32,000 nt of DNA from Erysipelotrichaceae bacterium OH741_COT-311 (GTDB lineage Bacteria > Bacillota_I > Bacilli_A > Erysipelotrichales > Erysipelotrichaceae): assembly GCA_003858585.1 (NCBI GenBank), contig RQZE01000004.1, positions 60,001-92,000 on the forward strand, in the 5' to 3' direction. Within the stretch, counting starts at the first letter, position 1, and every line of letters starts with the position of its first letter. A program made the translations under genes and the position numbers. A model generated the notes under the pieces. It saw only the letters and a program-made list of their open reading frames with translations, ran no database searches and was not told the origin of the DNA. Positions 9,210 to 18,992 of this stretch are shown in pieces.

Positions 9210-9247
9210 TAACAAGCACTGAAATTGAAAGAAAGGGGGTTTACGGT

Positions 9248-9445
9248 ATGTCAAGAAAATGCGCTATCACCGGTAAAAAGGCCTTATCAGGTAATAAACG
9301 TTCACACTCACTTCATGCAACAAGAAGAAAATGGAATGTCAATTTACAAAAAGTTAAAGTTATGGTGGATGGTAAACCACAAGTTGTCCGTATTTCTGCC
9401 CGCGCTTTAAAAACATTAAAAAAGGCTAATCAAGTTGTTGCTTAA
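9248..9445 (+). CDS. rpmB: 50S ribosomal protein L28
   Basis: 65 aa, [36 protein letters not shown]..., a classic L28 sequence. ATG at 9248 preceded by AAAGGGGG. The ORF-track N-terminal extension (9161-9247) is not coding. Confidence 0.95.
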   Translation: MSRKCAITGKKALSGNKRSHSLHATRRKWNVNLQKVKVMVDGKPQVVRISARALKTLKKANQVVA

Positions 9446-9446
9446 A

Positions 9447-9473
9447 AACAAGAGGTTCATACCTCTTTTTTTA
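9447..9473 (+). terminator. Intrinsic terminator of rpmB
   Basis: aagaggt-tcat-acctctt (9450-9467) followed by TTTTT. Confidence 0.8.
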
Positions 9474-9501
9474 TTTAAAAGAGATTGTGTGTACAATCTC
9501 T
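9474..9501 (-). terminator. Intrinsic terminator ending the long suf...thiN gene string
   Basis: 9-bp stem agagattgt / acaatctct (9480-9501) with a 4-nt loop, immediately after the thiN stop. The minus strand then reads UUUAAAUAAAAAAA, an interrupted U-tract. Confidence 0.55.
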
Positions 9502-10098
9502 TTATTCATTTACCTGCATAATTAGAACTTTGCCACAATGGATGTGGATGATTGCTTGAGACTGAATAACTTCATTGGAAATACCTATACTATCTCCAAC
9601 ATCTAAATCATAGTGATCTAAATCATATTTAAAACCACTTAGCGAAAGATTACTATCAACTAAAGCAAAAATGGAAACATATCGATATTCATTAGAGATA
9701 GAAATCGTTTTACTGGAAGCTGTAATGATACTTGAAACATTGTATAACGTAACATCAATTTCATTATCCATCATTAATAATAAATTTGCGTAACTGTGAT
9801 CAATACGATTATAGATAGCTCCTATGATTTTAAACTCTTTATAACCAAGCTTCTTTAAATAACGAATCGCTGCTAACGTATCTGTTTCATCCTTTTCATT
9901 TGGCAAGTAAATAATACTATCACTATACTGCTCAATTTGTTTCATTTCTTCTTGACTTACAGAATCAAAATCACCAATGGCATACTGCATATGTATCCCC
10001 TTGGAAGCTAGTAAATATGCACCTTTATCTACGCCGATCAACGGCTTTATCGCATCATTAAAATGACCAATATCAGATAAAACTAAGGTACACTTCAT
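9502..10098 (-). CDS. thiN: Thiamine pyrophosphokinase
   Basis: 198 aa. GVDKGA and IGDFDS motifs are typical of TPK. Same position as B. subtilis yloS/thiN after rpe. ATGA overlap with rpe. Confidence 0.85.
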   Translation of the reverse strand: MKCTLVLSDIGHFNDAIKPLIGVDKGAYLLASKGIHMQYAIGDFDSVSQEEMKQIEQYSDSIIYLPNEKDETDTLAAIRYLKKLGYKEFKIIGAIYNRIDHSYANLLLMMDNEIDVTLYNVSSIITASSKTISISNEYRYVSIFALVDSNLSLSGFKYDLDHYDLDVGDSIGISNEVIQSQAIIHIHCGKVLIMQVNE

Positions 10099-10739
10099 AG
10101 TAATGAATTCACTCTTTCAACAATATTCCCTTTAAATATATAGCTACCTGCAACCAATACATCCACTCCACAATCAACACATTGTTTTCCGGTTTCTGCA
10201 TTAATACCACCATCTACTTCAATTAAACAAGAATAACTATGTTTATCAATAACTTTTCTTAAATACTTAATTTTATCTAAAGCAGAAACATCAAAAGCCT
10301 GTCCACCAAAACCAGGTTCAACACTCATAACCAAAACCAAATCAATCATTGATAGATATGGCAAAATCATTTCAACCTTTGTAGATGGTTTAATAGAAAG
10401 ACCAACTTTTACTTGTTTACTTTTTAAAAAATTAATGATTTCTAAGATTTCTTGATGTGTACAAACTTCATAATGAAAGGTTAAATAATCAATATTTAAC
10501 TCAGAAAATACTTTCGCAAAGTATATTGGATTACTAACCATAATATGAACATCAAAAATTTTTGTTGAAAGTTTACGTAGACCTTTTAATACATCGGGAC
10601 CAAAACTTAAATTTGGTACAAAATGACCATCCATAACATCAAAATGAATCCATTTAGCTTTCGACTGTTCTACTTGTTCCATTTGTACATTAACATTAGC
10701 GTAATCAAGGGATAATACAGAAGGTGCAATAATTGTCAT
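10095..10739 (-). CDS. rpe: Ribulose-phosphate 3-epimerase
   Basis: 214 aa. Motifs HFDVMDGHFVPN, MSVEPGFGGQ and EVDGGI. Confidence 0.95.
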   Translation of the reverse strand: MTIIAPSVLSLDYANVNVQMEQVEQSKAKWIHFDVMDGHFVPNLSFGPDVLKGLRKLSTKIFDVHIMVSNPIYFAKVFSELNIDYLTFHYEVCTHQEILEIINFLKSKQVKVGLSIKPSTKVEMILPYLSMIDLVLVMSVEPGFGGQAFDVSALDKIKYLRKVIDKHSYSCLIEVDGGINAETGKQCVDCGVDVLVAGSYIFKGNIVERVNSLL

Positions 10740-11599
10740 ATCTTTTTTCTCCTATCATTTATTATTTTTTTGATTTCCAGATAACTTTGATAACGATGTT
10801 TTGAAATTTTATTGTCTAAAATAGCTTGTTTAATCGCACAACCTGGCTCATGTTCATGTTTACAGTCATTGAATTTACATTTACCTACATATGGTTTAAA
10901 TTCCAGAATGGATTGTACTAAATCTTCCTCTTCCATGTAAGAAAAATCAAGGGAAGAAAATCCTGGTGTATCTGCCACATATCCTCCATGAATCTTAAAC
11001 AACTCTACATGTCTTGTTGTATGTTTTCCTCTACCCAAGGCTTTTGATATATCCTGTGTTTGTAGTTTAAACTCTGGATTTAAGCTATTTAATAATGAAG
11101 ATTTTCCCACACCACTTTGTCCTGTTAACACAGTAATTTTATCTTTAAAAATCGTATCAAAACGAACATCTAAAGCATTATTACCATTACATAACACTGT
11201 ATAACCTGCTTCTTGATATTCTTTGATGATTGCATAGATTGAATGATTTTTATCAACCAAATCTAATTTTGTTACACATATAATAGGTGTAATGTTAGCA
11301 AAATGAATTAATGCACAAATACGATCAACCAAACTAATTGAAAACTCTGGCTCTAATGCTGACATTACGATGAGAGCTTGATCAACATTTGCAATTTGTG
11401 GACGTATTAAATCTGTTTTACGAGGCAAAATTTTAGTAATCCCATATTTTTCTTCATACTCTTCATATTCTACATAGTCACCAACTTTAGGAGACTTATC
11501 TAAGCGTAATTTCCCTAAAGCAAAGGCTTCAATATTTTTCTTATCTTGTGTTTCTAAGGTATATTGATTGGAAACAATTTTTATTACTTGCGCTATCAT
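10736..11599 (-). CDS. rsgA: Ribosome small-subunit biogenesis GTPase RsgA (CpgA)
   Basis: 287 aa. Circularly permuted GTPase (TKLDL, then GQSGVGKSSL) with a C-terminal zinc knuckle CKFNDCKHEHEPGC. Confidence 0.92.
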   Translation of the reverse strand: MIAQVIKIVSNQYTLETQDKKNIEAFALGKLRLDKSPKVGDYVEYEEYEEKYGITKILPRKTDLIRPQIANVDQALIVMSALEPEFSISLVDRICALIHFANITPIICVTKLDLVDKNHSIYAIIKEYQEAGYTVLCNGNNALDVRFDTIFKDKITVLTGQSGVGKSSLLNSLNPEFKLQTQDISKALGRGKHTTRHVELFKIHGGYVADTPGFSSLDFSYMEEEDLVQSILEFKPYVGKCKFNDCKHEHEPGCAIKQAILDNKISKHRYQSYLEIKKIINDRRKKI

Positions 11600-11602
11600 A
11601 CT

Positions 11603-13297
11603 TTAATAATAATACAACGTAATTGTATTCCCTTCACTTTGAGTATAAGCAACTCCACTTACAGGTAATGTTTCAATAACCACATTTACTTTTAGATTAT
11701 CAATTTGATCCTGTGTCATTTCACTTGTATCTAATTGACTCAAAACAACTTCAGCACCCATTGACTCTAATAACTCTTTTGCTTGTATGACATCCATGCC
11801 GACAATATTAAATGGAATTACAAATGTTTTATAACTTGCATAAACAAAACGCATTTCACTGATTTTATTGCCATCAAACTTTTCATTTGGCAGCAAAAGC
11901 TCTTGAGCAATAATCGTACCTGCCTTCACTTCATTGTTTTCCATAGGCACAGAAATAACCCGTACATTTGGATAACGTGTCGTTACATCTTTTATTGCTT
12001 CATCAATATTTTGATGAGTATAATCATTCATAACCGAATAAATTCCGCTACTTACTACAATTGTAATACGACTCCCCTTATTGACTGAAGTATCTACATC
12101 CGGAGTTACTTCAATAATCAACCCCTTTTCAACATCATTTGTTAAAATACGCTTAATATTTTGGCGATCTAAATCTAAACCAGACTCTAATAAAACCTCA
12201 CTTGCCTGCTCTACAGTTAAATTAAGTATATTGGGTACCTTGACTGTTTTATTTTGTTTACCAATGACACCAGAAACATATAAAAGAAACACACATATTA
12301 AAACAACAACTACACTTGCTAAAGAAATCATCACATAACCAGCATAACTCTTTTCTTTCTTTTTATGGACAGAAGCTTTTTTTATTGGAGGTTCAACCGA
12401 TTTAGAATCCGCAAGCTTACTAATCACTTTTGTATAATTTTCTTCCGGTGCTTGATGTTTATATTTTGCTTCATTAGCACGTTTGCTGTCGAAGCAACTA
12501 TTTAAGTCCTGTAATAATTCATATCCATTAGCATAACGATGCAATCTATTTTTTGCACATGCCTTTTGAATAATATTATCAATGGATTGCGGAACAGTTG
12601 GATTAATATCTCTTACAGAGGGCATTTCATTCTGCATGTGAGATATAGCAACACTTACAGCTTGTTCTCCACTAAATGGAACTTTCCCTGTCAACAATTC
12701 ATAAAACACAATGCCTAAAGCATATAAATCCGATTGCGCTGTAGCATTTTCACCACGAGCCAACTCTGGAGCTAAGTAATGTACAGAACCCATAACCGAA
12801 TCTGTCTGCGTCAACTGTAGGGCATCATTTGCAAGAGCAATTCCAAAATCTACGACCTTGATTGTACCATCATCTTTCACCAATACGTTTTGAGGTTTAA
12901 TGTCACGATGAATAACACCATTACGATGTGCTTCAATTAAAGCATTTGTCAACTGTTTAATAATATGAACCGCTTCTTCTTTTAAAAGCGCACCACGATC
13001 GTTAATAAGCTGTTTCAAGGTTTTTCCTTTAACATATTCCATAACGATAAAACTTTTATCTTGATCTTGACCTACATCATATATTTCAACAATGTTTGGA
13101 TGAATTAAAGAACTTGATGCACAAGCTTCTTGTTTAAAACGTAAAATAGATACCGGATCACTCGTTAGTTCTCCACGTAAGATTTTAATCGCCACTTCAC
13201 GATTTAAAACCGTATCATTGGCATAATATACATCTGCCATACCACCACTACCAATATGTTTTAGTAAGACATATCGATTTGCAATCACTCTACTCAT
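11603..13297 (-). CDS. prkC: Ser/Thr protein kinase PrkC with three extracellular PASTA repeats
   Basis: Hanks kinase motifs GSGGMADVY, VAIK, HRDIKPQN, DFG and APE. One TM helix (YVMISLASVVVVLICVFLLYV). Three PASTA-like units of about 70 aa. Confidence 0.92.
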   Translation of the reverse strand: MSRVIANRYVLLKHIGSGGMADVYYANDTVLNREVAIKILRGELTSDPVSILRFKQEACASSSLIHPNIVEIYDVGQDQDKSFIVMEYVKGKTLKQLINDRGALLKEEAVHIIKQLTNALIEAHRNGVIHRDIKPQNVLVKDDGTIKVVDFGIALANDALQLTQTDSVMGSVHYLAPELARGENATAQSDLYALGIVFYELLTGKVPFSGEQAVSVAISHMQNEMPSVRDINPTVPQSIDNIIQKACAKNRLHRYANGYELLQDLNSCFDSKRANEAKYKHQAPEENYTKVISKLADSKSVEPPIKKASVHKKKEKSYAGYVMISLASVVVVLICVFLLYVSGVIGKQNKTVKVPNILNLTVEQASEVLLESGLDLDRQNIKRILTNDVEKGLIIEVTPDVDTSVNKGSRITIVVSSGIYSVMNDYTHQNIDEAIKDVTTRYPNVRVISVPMENNEVKAGTIIAQELLLPNEKFDGNKISEMRFVYASYKTFVIPFNIVGMDVIQAKELLESMGAEVVLSQLDTSEMTQDQIDNLKVNVVIETLPVSGVAYTQSEGNTITLYYY

Positions 13298-14036
13298 CTT
13301 GTGCTCCTTTCTCCATTTGTATTAAAATTTCAGTAATGTTATCGTATCCACCAGCTGCAAGGGCTAACTGCATTAATTTTTTCCCTTTATTTGAAACAGT
13401 CTCATTTTCTATTAAAATCTTAGAAATATACTGTTCATCAACATATCCAAATAAGCCATCACTGCATATCAAATATACATCATAATATGTATTCAATTTC
13501 ATTAAGTCTATATTTACACTTGCCCATATTCCTAAGGCATTAGTAATCGATTTTGCCTTAGGATGCATACCTGCCTCTTGTGGAGTTACCTTTCCACTTC
13601 TTAACAGCTCATTATATAAATTATGATCATTGGTTAATTGATGAAGTTGATGATGTTTTACACCATAAACACGACTATCCCCAATATTGAAGATATAATG
13701 TGCATGTTTGGTAATTAAAATACCTGTAAGTGTTGTTCCCATACCTTGGTATTTTTTTGATGTGGTTGATAATACATATACCAATTCGTTTGCCTTACGA
13801 ATGTGATAATTTAAAAAAGACTCAATATCAATGTCATCCTTAAAACCACGATGCACCTGAAAGACTTGAGCTAAATAATTAATACTTTCTTGAGAAGCAA
13901 TTTCTCCATAATTACCACCACCGATACCATCCGCAACCGCAGCTAAAACATCGCCTACTTCATTATAGGCAATGATATAACTATCTTGATTCATTTTACG
14001 TAGAAATCCCTTATCGGTTGCTCCAAAACACTTCAC
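13290..14036 (-). CDS. prpC: PP2C-family Ser/Thr phosphatase
   Basis: 248 aa. Motifs RKMNQDS, VADGIGG and CSDGL. GTG start overlapping the rlmN stop (GTGA). Paired with prkC as in B. subtilis. Confidence 0.9.
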   Translation of the reverse strand: MKCFGATDKGFLRKMNQDSYIIAYNEVGDVLAAVADGIGGGNYGEIASQESINYLAQVFQVHRGFKDDIDIESFLNYHIRKANELVYVLSTTSKKYQGMGTTLTGILITKHAHYIFNIGDSRVYGVKHHQLHQLTNDHNLYNELLRSGKVTPQEAGMHPKAKSITNALGIWASVNIDLMKLNTYYDVYLICSDGLFGYVDEQYISKILIENETVSNKGKKLMQLALAAGGYDNITEILIQMEKGAQDE

Positions 14037-15079
14037 GTTTGTTCTCCATTTTTATAATTTGCACGCAACTGTCCGCAAGCAGCATCAATGTCATCCCCTT
14101 GTCTTGCACGTAGAGTTGCTTTTACATTCAGTTTCATTAAAGTATCATAAAACCTTAAAGCTTCGATATCACTTACACCTTGATAACCATGTTCACTTAC
14201 TGCATTATACGGTATTAAATTGACATAGGCATTCATGCCTGAAATTAATTTTGCTAATTGTTTTGCATCGTCTTTTGAATCATTTACATCTTTTAATAAA
14301 ATATATTCAAATGTAATACGACGATTATTTAAAGTACTATACTCTTTCAATGCACTTATAAGTTCCTTTAAATTATAACCTCGATTAATAGGCATTAATT
14401 CACTACGAAGTTCATCATTAGCCGCATGCAACGAAATCGCCAGATTAAACTGTGTTTTCTCTTTTGCAAATTGTCTAATTTTAGGAACAATGCCACAAGT
14501 TGAAATCGTAATATGACGAGCACCAATCGCTAAACCTAAGTCATGATTGACAATGCGACAAAAGTTCATCACGTGATCATAATTATCAAACGGTTCACCC
14601 GTCCCCATAACAACAATATTACTTACACGTTCTTCCGTTTCATCTAAATAACGTTGTACATACATAATCTGTGCAACGATTTCACCAGCTGTTAAATTTC
14701 TTCGTTTTTTCAATAAACCACTGGCACAAAACTTACAACCCATATTGCAACCAACCTGAGATGTTACACATACACTTTTACCATAACTAAAACTCATTAA
14801 AACCGTTTCAATTAAAGCACCATCTTGAAGTTTAAACAGATATTTAATCGTACCATCTTTACTTTCTTGTTTTTTTACAAGTATAAGCGGATCTATGATA
14901 AATTCTTGTTTTAAATAGTCTAATGTTTTATGATCAACATCACTCATTGCATCAAACACTACTATACGTTTTTTATATAACCATGAAAAGATTTGTTTTG
15001 CACGATACTTCTTTAATCCTAAAGTATCTACAACAAATTCCTCTAATTGTTCTAATGTAAAATCATAGATTGTATTCAT
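14033..15079 (-). CDS. rlmN: 23S rRNA/tRNA (adenine-C2)-methyltransferase RlmN (radical SAM)
   Basis: 348 aa. Radical SAM cluster motif CNMGCKFCASG. The C-terminal catalytic Cys context DIDAACGQL is typical of RlmN. Confidence 0.95.
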   Translation of the reverse strand: MNTIYDFTLEQLEEFVVDTLGLKKYRAKQIFSWLYKKRIVVFDAMSDVDHKTLDYLKQEFIIDPLILVKKQESKDGTIKYLFKLQDGALIETVLMSFSYGKSVCVTSQVGCNMGCKFCASGLLKKRRNLTAGEIVAQIMYVQRYLDETEERVSNIVVMGTGEPFDNYDHVMNFCRIVNHDLGLAIGARHITISTCGIVPKIRQFAKEKTQFNLAISLHAANDELRSELMPINRGYNLKELISALKEYSTLNNRRITFEYILLKDVNDSKDDAKQLAKLISGMNAYVNLIPYNAVSEHGYQGVSDIEALRFYDTLMKLNVKATLRARQGDDIDAACGQLRANYKNGEQT

Positions 15080-15105
15080 ATCTTCACCCCAAATATTTTA
15101 CCACA

Positions 15106-16314
15106 CTATTTTATTCTTTGACATAAAGCCATATAAAAACCATCACTATCAAACTCAAAAGGAAAGATAGTACGTTGTTGAACTAATTTAAAATTTCCAT
15201 GTTTTAATAAAAAGTGTTCTATTTGTTTTTCATTTTCTTTCTTATTTAATGTACAGGTACTATATACAAAATAACCATTGACCTTTACATACTTAGTAAT
15301 ATTTTCTAAAATCTTTGCCTGTAATGCAACCAATTCATCAATGGTTTCCGGTTGTATACGCATTGCAATTTCACATTTATGACTCAATGTTCCCAAACCA
15401 CTACATGGTACATCTAATAAAATACGATCAAAGACTTTGTCAAATTTTACCGTACTTGCATCACATACTTGATATTGAAGATTCAAAAAACCATAACTAC
15501 GCATTTTTTCTTCCACTAGTTGCAAACGATGCAAGTGTATATCACAAGCAATAAGACTTCCTGTATGCCCTAACGCTGAGGCAATTTGAACTGTTTTACT
15601 ACCAGGAGCACTACATATATCCAAAACATCTTGATGTTTATCTACTTGGAGTAACTTTACAATTTGTTGACTTCCATAGTCTTGTATATCAAAAACATGA
15701 TGAATAAATTCTTTCGTATGAACTAAATTATACTTACTTGTAAAACAAGTATCATCGATTTGTTTTACATCTAGGTGTTCAATATCTTGAATGGTATAAC
15801 CAGCATTCAAACGATAAAACATAGTCGCTTTTTTTAGTTTAGATTCTAATATTTTTTGTGTAGTTTCACTTCCATATTGCTTATGCCACATTGCAACAAC
15901 CCACGAAGGAAGCGAATAATAAATACCAAGATGCTCAAAAGAATCTAGGTGTAATTTTTTCTCTTTGCGTGCTAAAAATCTCCTTAATACAGCATTGACA
16001 AACCCTTTTTGATTCTTGGCTAATATACATGCATCATTAACAACTGCATAATCCGGATCATTGGTATATAACAATAAATAAATTGCCATATCGATTAAAA
16101 TCGCAATTTTATTTTTCGGTTTATGTTTCACTAAGTCCATCCATTGATACCTTAGATAACGATAATTTCTTAATACACCATAAACGACTTCACTGATATA
16201 TCCACGCTTTAATGGATCTACCTTCATTAATGTTTGCCTCATAATAAGATTACTATACTTTCCATCAAGCATTATTTCTTGTAATAATTGATAAGCTATT
16301 TCTCTTTGATTCAT
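15106..16314 (-). CDS. rsmB: 16S rRNA (cytosine967-C5)-methyltransferase RsmB
   Basis: 402 aa. NusB-like N-terminal domain, SAM motif DICSAPGSKT, and catalytic Cys motifs DVPCSGLGT and YSTCT. Confidence 0.88.
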   Translation of the reverse strand: MNQREIAYQLLQEIMLDGKYSNLIMRQTLMKVDPLKRGYISEVVYGVLRNYRYLRYQWMDLVKHKPKNKIAILIDMAIYLLLYTNDPDYAVVNDACILAKNQKGFVNAVLRRFLARKEKKLHLDSFEHLGIYYSLPSWVVAMWHKQYGSETTQKILESKLKKATMFYRLNAGYTIQDIEHLDVKQIDDTCFTSKYNLVHTKEFIHHVFDIQDYGSQQIVKLLQVDKHQDVLDICSAPGSKTVQIASALGHTGSLIACDIHLHRLQLVEEKMRSYGFLNLQYQVCDASTVKFDKVFDRILLDVPCSGLGTLSHKCEIAMRIQPETIDELVALQAKILENITKYVKVNGYFVYSTCTLNKKENEKQIEHFLLKHGNFKLVQQRTIFPFEFDSDGFYMALCQRIK

Positions 16315-16315
16315 A

Positions 16316-18463
16316 TTAATCTAAATAATACGGATTTACATCAACCCTAATATTACTTTTTCCTTTCTTATCAAAATATAATTTAATAATTTCATATACT
16401 TCTTTTTGCATTGCTTGTAAATCTTTGCCTTTAATAATGAAACGATAGCGATGATAATTCACTAACTTTAAAATTTTACTAGGACCTAAACGTTCAAAAG
16501 AACATTGTTCAAATAATGAAAGTAAATACTGTAATGACTCTAATGCAACATGATCATAAATATCACTAATATATATAGCAATAAAATAAGTGTATGGTGG
16601 ATATTGTCCTAAATGACGAAACTTCATTTCTTGCACAAAGAAAGATGGATAGTCATTTTTAATTGCACATTGAATTGCATAATGATCTGCATGAAATACT
16701 TGTACCATGACACTCCCTTTGGTATGACTGCGTCCACTACGACCACTTGCCTGTACGATTAAATCAAAGGTTGTCTCCACACTACGATAATCCAAGCGGT
16801 TTAATCCTGCATCCGCATTTAAAATACCTACCAATGACACATTAGGAAAATCTAAGCCTTTTGCAATCATTTGAGTCCCCAATAAAATGTCATATTCTTG
16901 CTTCTCGAAAGCATTTAGCATATGGAAATGACTGTTTTTATGTCCGGTCGTATCTTGATCCATCCTTAAAACTCTAGCTTCCGGAAACCTCATATTCAAT
17001 AGCTCTTCTACTTTTTGAGTTCCATAACCATACGTTGAAAATTTATGATAACCACAACTAGGACAAGTTTGTGGTAAAGGTTTGATGAACCCACAAACAT
17101 GACATTTCAAACAATTATCACTACGATGATAACTCATCGCAACATCACAACAATCACACATAATCACATGCTGGCAACTACTACATTGATATAAAGTGGT
17201 ATAACCTCGACGATTTAATAAGATAATGATTTGTTGTTTTTTCGCTAACGTTTCTTCCATTGCTTGTAAAAGTGATTTAGATAAAATCGCTTTATGATCT
17301 TCTTTCATACTTTTTTGCATATCAATTAGCTTTACTATAGGCATTTGCTTATTAATTCTTTGATTTAAGGTTACCAAATGATATACCTTTTTTATTGCTT
17401 TGGCATATGTATCAATTAACGGTGTTGCACTGGCTAAGATTACTTTTCCTTTAAAGTATTCATTGCGTTTTATTGCAATGTCAATGGTGTTATAACAAGG
17501 TACTTTATCTTGTTTATAAGAAGCATCATGAGCTTCATCTAAAATTATAAAGCCAAGCTGTTCAAAAGGCATAAAAATACTTGATCGGGTTCCTACAACA
17601 ACTGAAACTTCTTTATTCATAACTAATTGATACTGCTGATATTTCTCACTATTATTTAAACCTGAATGATAAATAGCGACATCATTACCAAAGATCGCAG
17701 TTACTCTTTGTATCATCATAGCCGTAAGTGCTATTTCAGGCACTAAAATTAATACTTGTTTCCCTTGTTTTACAGCTTGATATGCCAAATGCAAGTACAC
17801 TTCCGTTTTTCCACTGCCTGTAATTCCATGCAATACATATGTAGTATGATGCGTTTCCATAATCTCTTTATAACACGCCTGTTGATTTGTGGTTAATGTT
17901 TTTAAAGTGCCCTGTGCCTGAAAAGTATTCTTCCTGTAGTTGACTTCATATTTTATCAAAGCATTTAACTTTAGCAAACGATTTACACGACTTAGACTAA
18001 TCTTTCTAGCTTCACTTAAAAGCATTGGCTCTTTAAATGTATATAAAAATTCTTTTATATCCTCTTTTAAAGAAGTGGTATCAAAGTCTTTATTACACTT
18101 CACCATCGTTTTCATAACGATTTTTTGCTTACGATTTGATGGTTTAATACTGCTAGGTAACATAGCTTGATAACACGCAATAGTAGGACTAATGGTTGTT
18201 TGCGCCATCCATTTTCCTAAAGCCATTAATTCTTCATTTAAAATTGGCCTTTCATCCATTACCTGATATATTTCTTTTACTTCATATTCAACGGTTGGTA
18301 AAACATCAACTAATTGTACTTGATCAACAAATCCAACTAATATTTGCTTATGAAAAGAAACAAGCACACGACAACCAACATGAACTTCTTGTTTACAACT
18401 ATATGTATAAGTTTGATCAATTTTAAAAATAGGATGACTAATCCAGACTTCAACTAGATACAT
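16316..18463 (-). CDS. priA: Primosomal replication restart helicase PriA
   Basis: Walker A GITGSGKTEV, DEAH box LDEAHD, and a Cys-rich zinc region CSSCQ...CDCCD...CLKCHVCG...CPSCG. The start was set to the ATG at 18463 (MYLVEVW...), 6 nt after the AAGAGGT SD. The ORF-track start at 18484 would overlap the upstream gene. Confidence 0.92.
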   Translation of the reverse strand: MYLVEVWISHPIFKIDQTYTYSCKQEVHVGCRVLVSFHKQILVGFVDQVQLVDVLPTVEYEVKEIYQVMDERPILNEELMALGKWMAQTTISPTIACYQAMLPSSIKPSNRKQKIVMKTMVKCNKDFDTTSLKEDIKEFLYTFKEPMLLSEARKISLSRVNRLLKLNALIKYEVNYRKNTFQAQGTLKTLTTNQQACYKEIMETHHTTYVLHGITGSGKTEVYLHLAYQAVKQGKQVLILVPEIALTAMMIQRVTAIFGNDVAIYHSGLNNSEKYQQYQLVMNKEVSVVVGTRSSIFMPFEQLGFIILDEAHDASYKQDKVPCYNTIDIAIKRNEYFKGKVILASATPLIDTYAKAIKKVYHLVTLNQRINKQMPIVKLIDMQKSMKEDHKAILSKSLLQAMEETLAKKQQIIILLNRRGYTTLYQCSSCQHVIMCDCCDVAMSYHRSDNCLKCHVCGFIKPLPQTCPSCGYHKFSTYGYGTQKVEELLNMRFPEARVLRMDQDTTGHKNSHFHMLNAFEKQEYDILLGTQMIAKGLDFPNVSLVGILNADAGLNRLDYRSVETTFDLIVQASGRSGRSHTKGSVMVQVFHADHYAIQCAIKNDYPSFFVQEMKFRHLGQYPPYTYFIAIYISDIYDHVALESLQYLLSLFEQCSFERLGPSKILKLVNYHRYRFIIKGKDLQAMQKEVYEIIKLYFDKKGKSNIRVDVNPYYLD

Positions 18464-18467
18464 GGCA

Positions 18468-18992
18468 CTACCTCTTATTAACAATTATAACATCTAACTT
18501 TACATCAGTTTCATTGGTTTCAATAAAATCTACAAAATAAAAATCATAAGCTAATCCTATTTTAAAACATAGATGACTTGCAAAATATCGGTCATAAAAC
18601 CCTTTTCCATACCCTATACGATGATTATATTGATCATATGCAAGCATAGGTACAAACATAATCGAGATATTATCCACTACTAGATTCGTTGTAGGTTCTA
18701 AAAGATGAAAATGACCTTCTTCCAGTTGATTGACATCTGTAATTTTATAAAAGATTAAATCCTGATTTACAACCCTTGGAACAGCCACCTTAATACAGTG
18801 TTTTAAAAGATAATTTATGAGTAAAAATGTATCTACTTCATCCATCCTACTGACATATACACCCACAACATCGTTCTTATTTATATATGTAATGGCTTGT
18901 TTAAAGATATCCATATCAAAAAGAGCTTTATCTTCTTTTGACAAAGCTCTTCTTAAAAACATCTTAGATTTACGAATCGATGCTTTATCCAA
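18468..18992 (-). CDS. 5-formyltetrahydrofolate cyclo-ligase
   Basis: The motif [11 protein letters not shown] and the N-terminal K..IR......R..L pattern are typical of MTHFS. The likely start is the TTG at 18992, 6 nt after the GGAGG SD, overlapping the sufB stop by 8 nt. The ORF-track alternative TTG at 19010 has no SD. Confidence 0.8.
   Translation of the reverse strand: MDKASIRKSKMFLRRALSKEDKALFDMDIFKQAITYINKNDVVGVYVSRMDEVDTFLLINYLLKHCIKVAVPRVVNQDLIFYKITDVNQLEEGHFHLLEPTTNLVVDNISIMFVPMLAYDQYNHRIGYGKGFYDRYFASHLCFKIGLAYDFYFVDFIETNETDVKLDVIIVNKR

Noticed and set aside
9161-9247. N-terminal extensions offered by the ORF track. Affected genes are rpmB 9161, sufC 23681, priA 18484, sufB 20406, HIT 26367, prsA-like 23769, galE 31936, the membrane protein 30882, CNNM 3729 and ftsA 9089.
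   Set aside because: In each case a downstream start codon sits 4-9 nt after a clear GGAGG-like SD and yields the canonical family N-terminus. The upstream starts have no SD or lie inside the SD or promoter.
10736-10739. Possibility of an alternative genetic code (TGA as Trp), given the very low GC
   Set aside because: TGA functions as the stop at the ATGA/GTGA overlap junctions rsgA/rpe, rpe/thiN and rlmN/prpC. All family-length ORFs close with standard stops, so code 11 fits.
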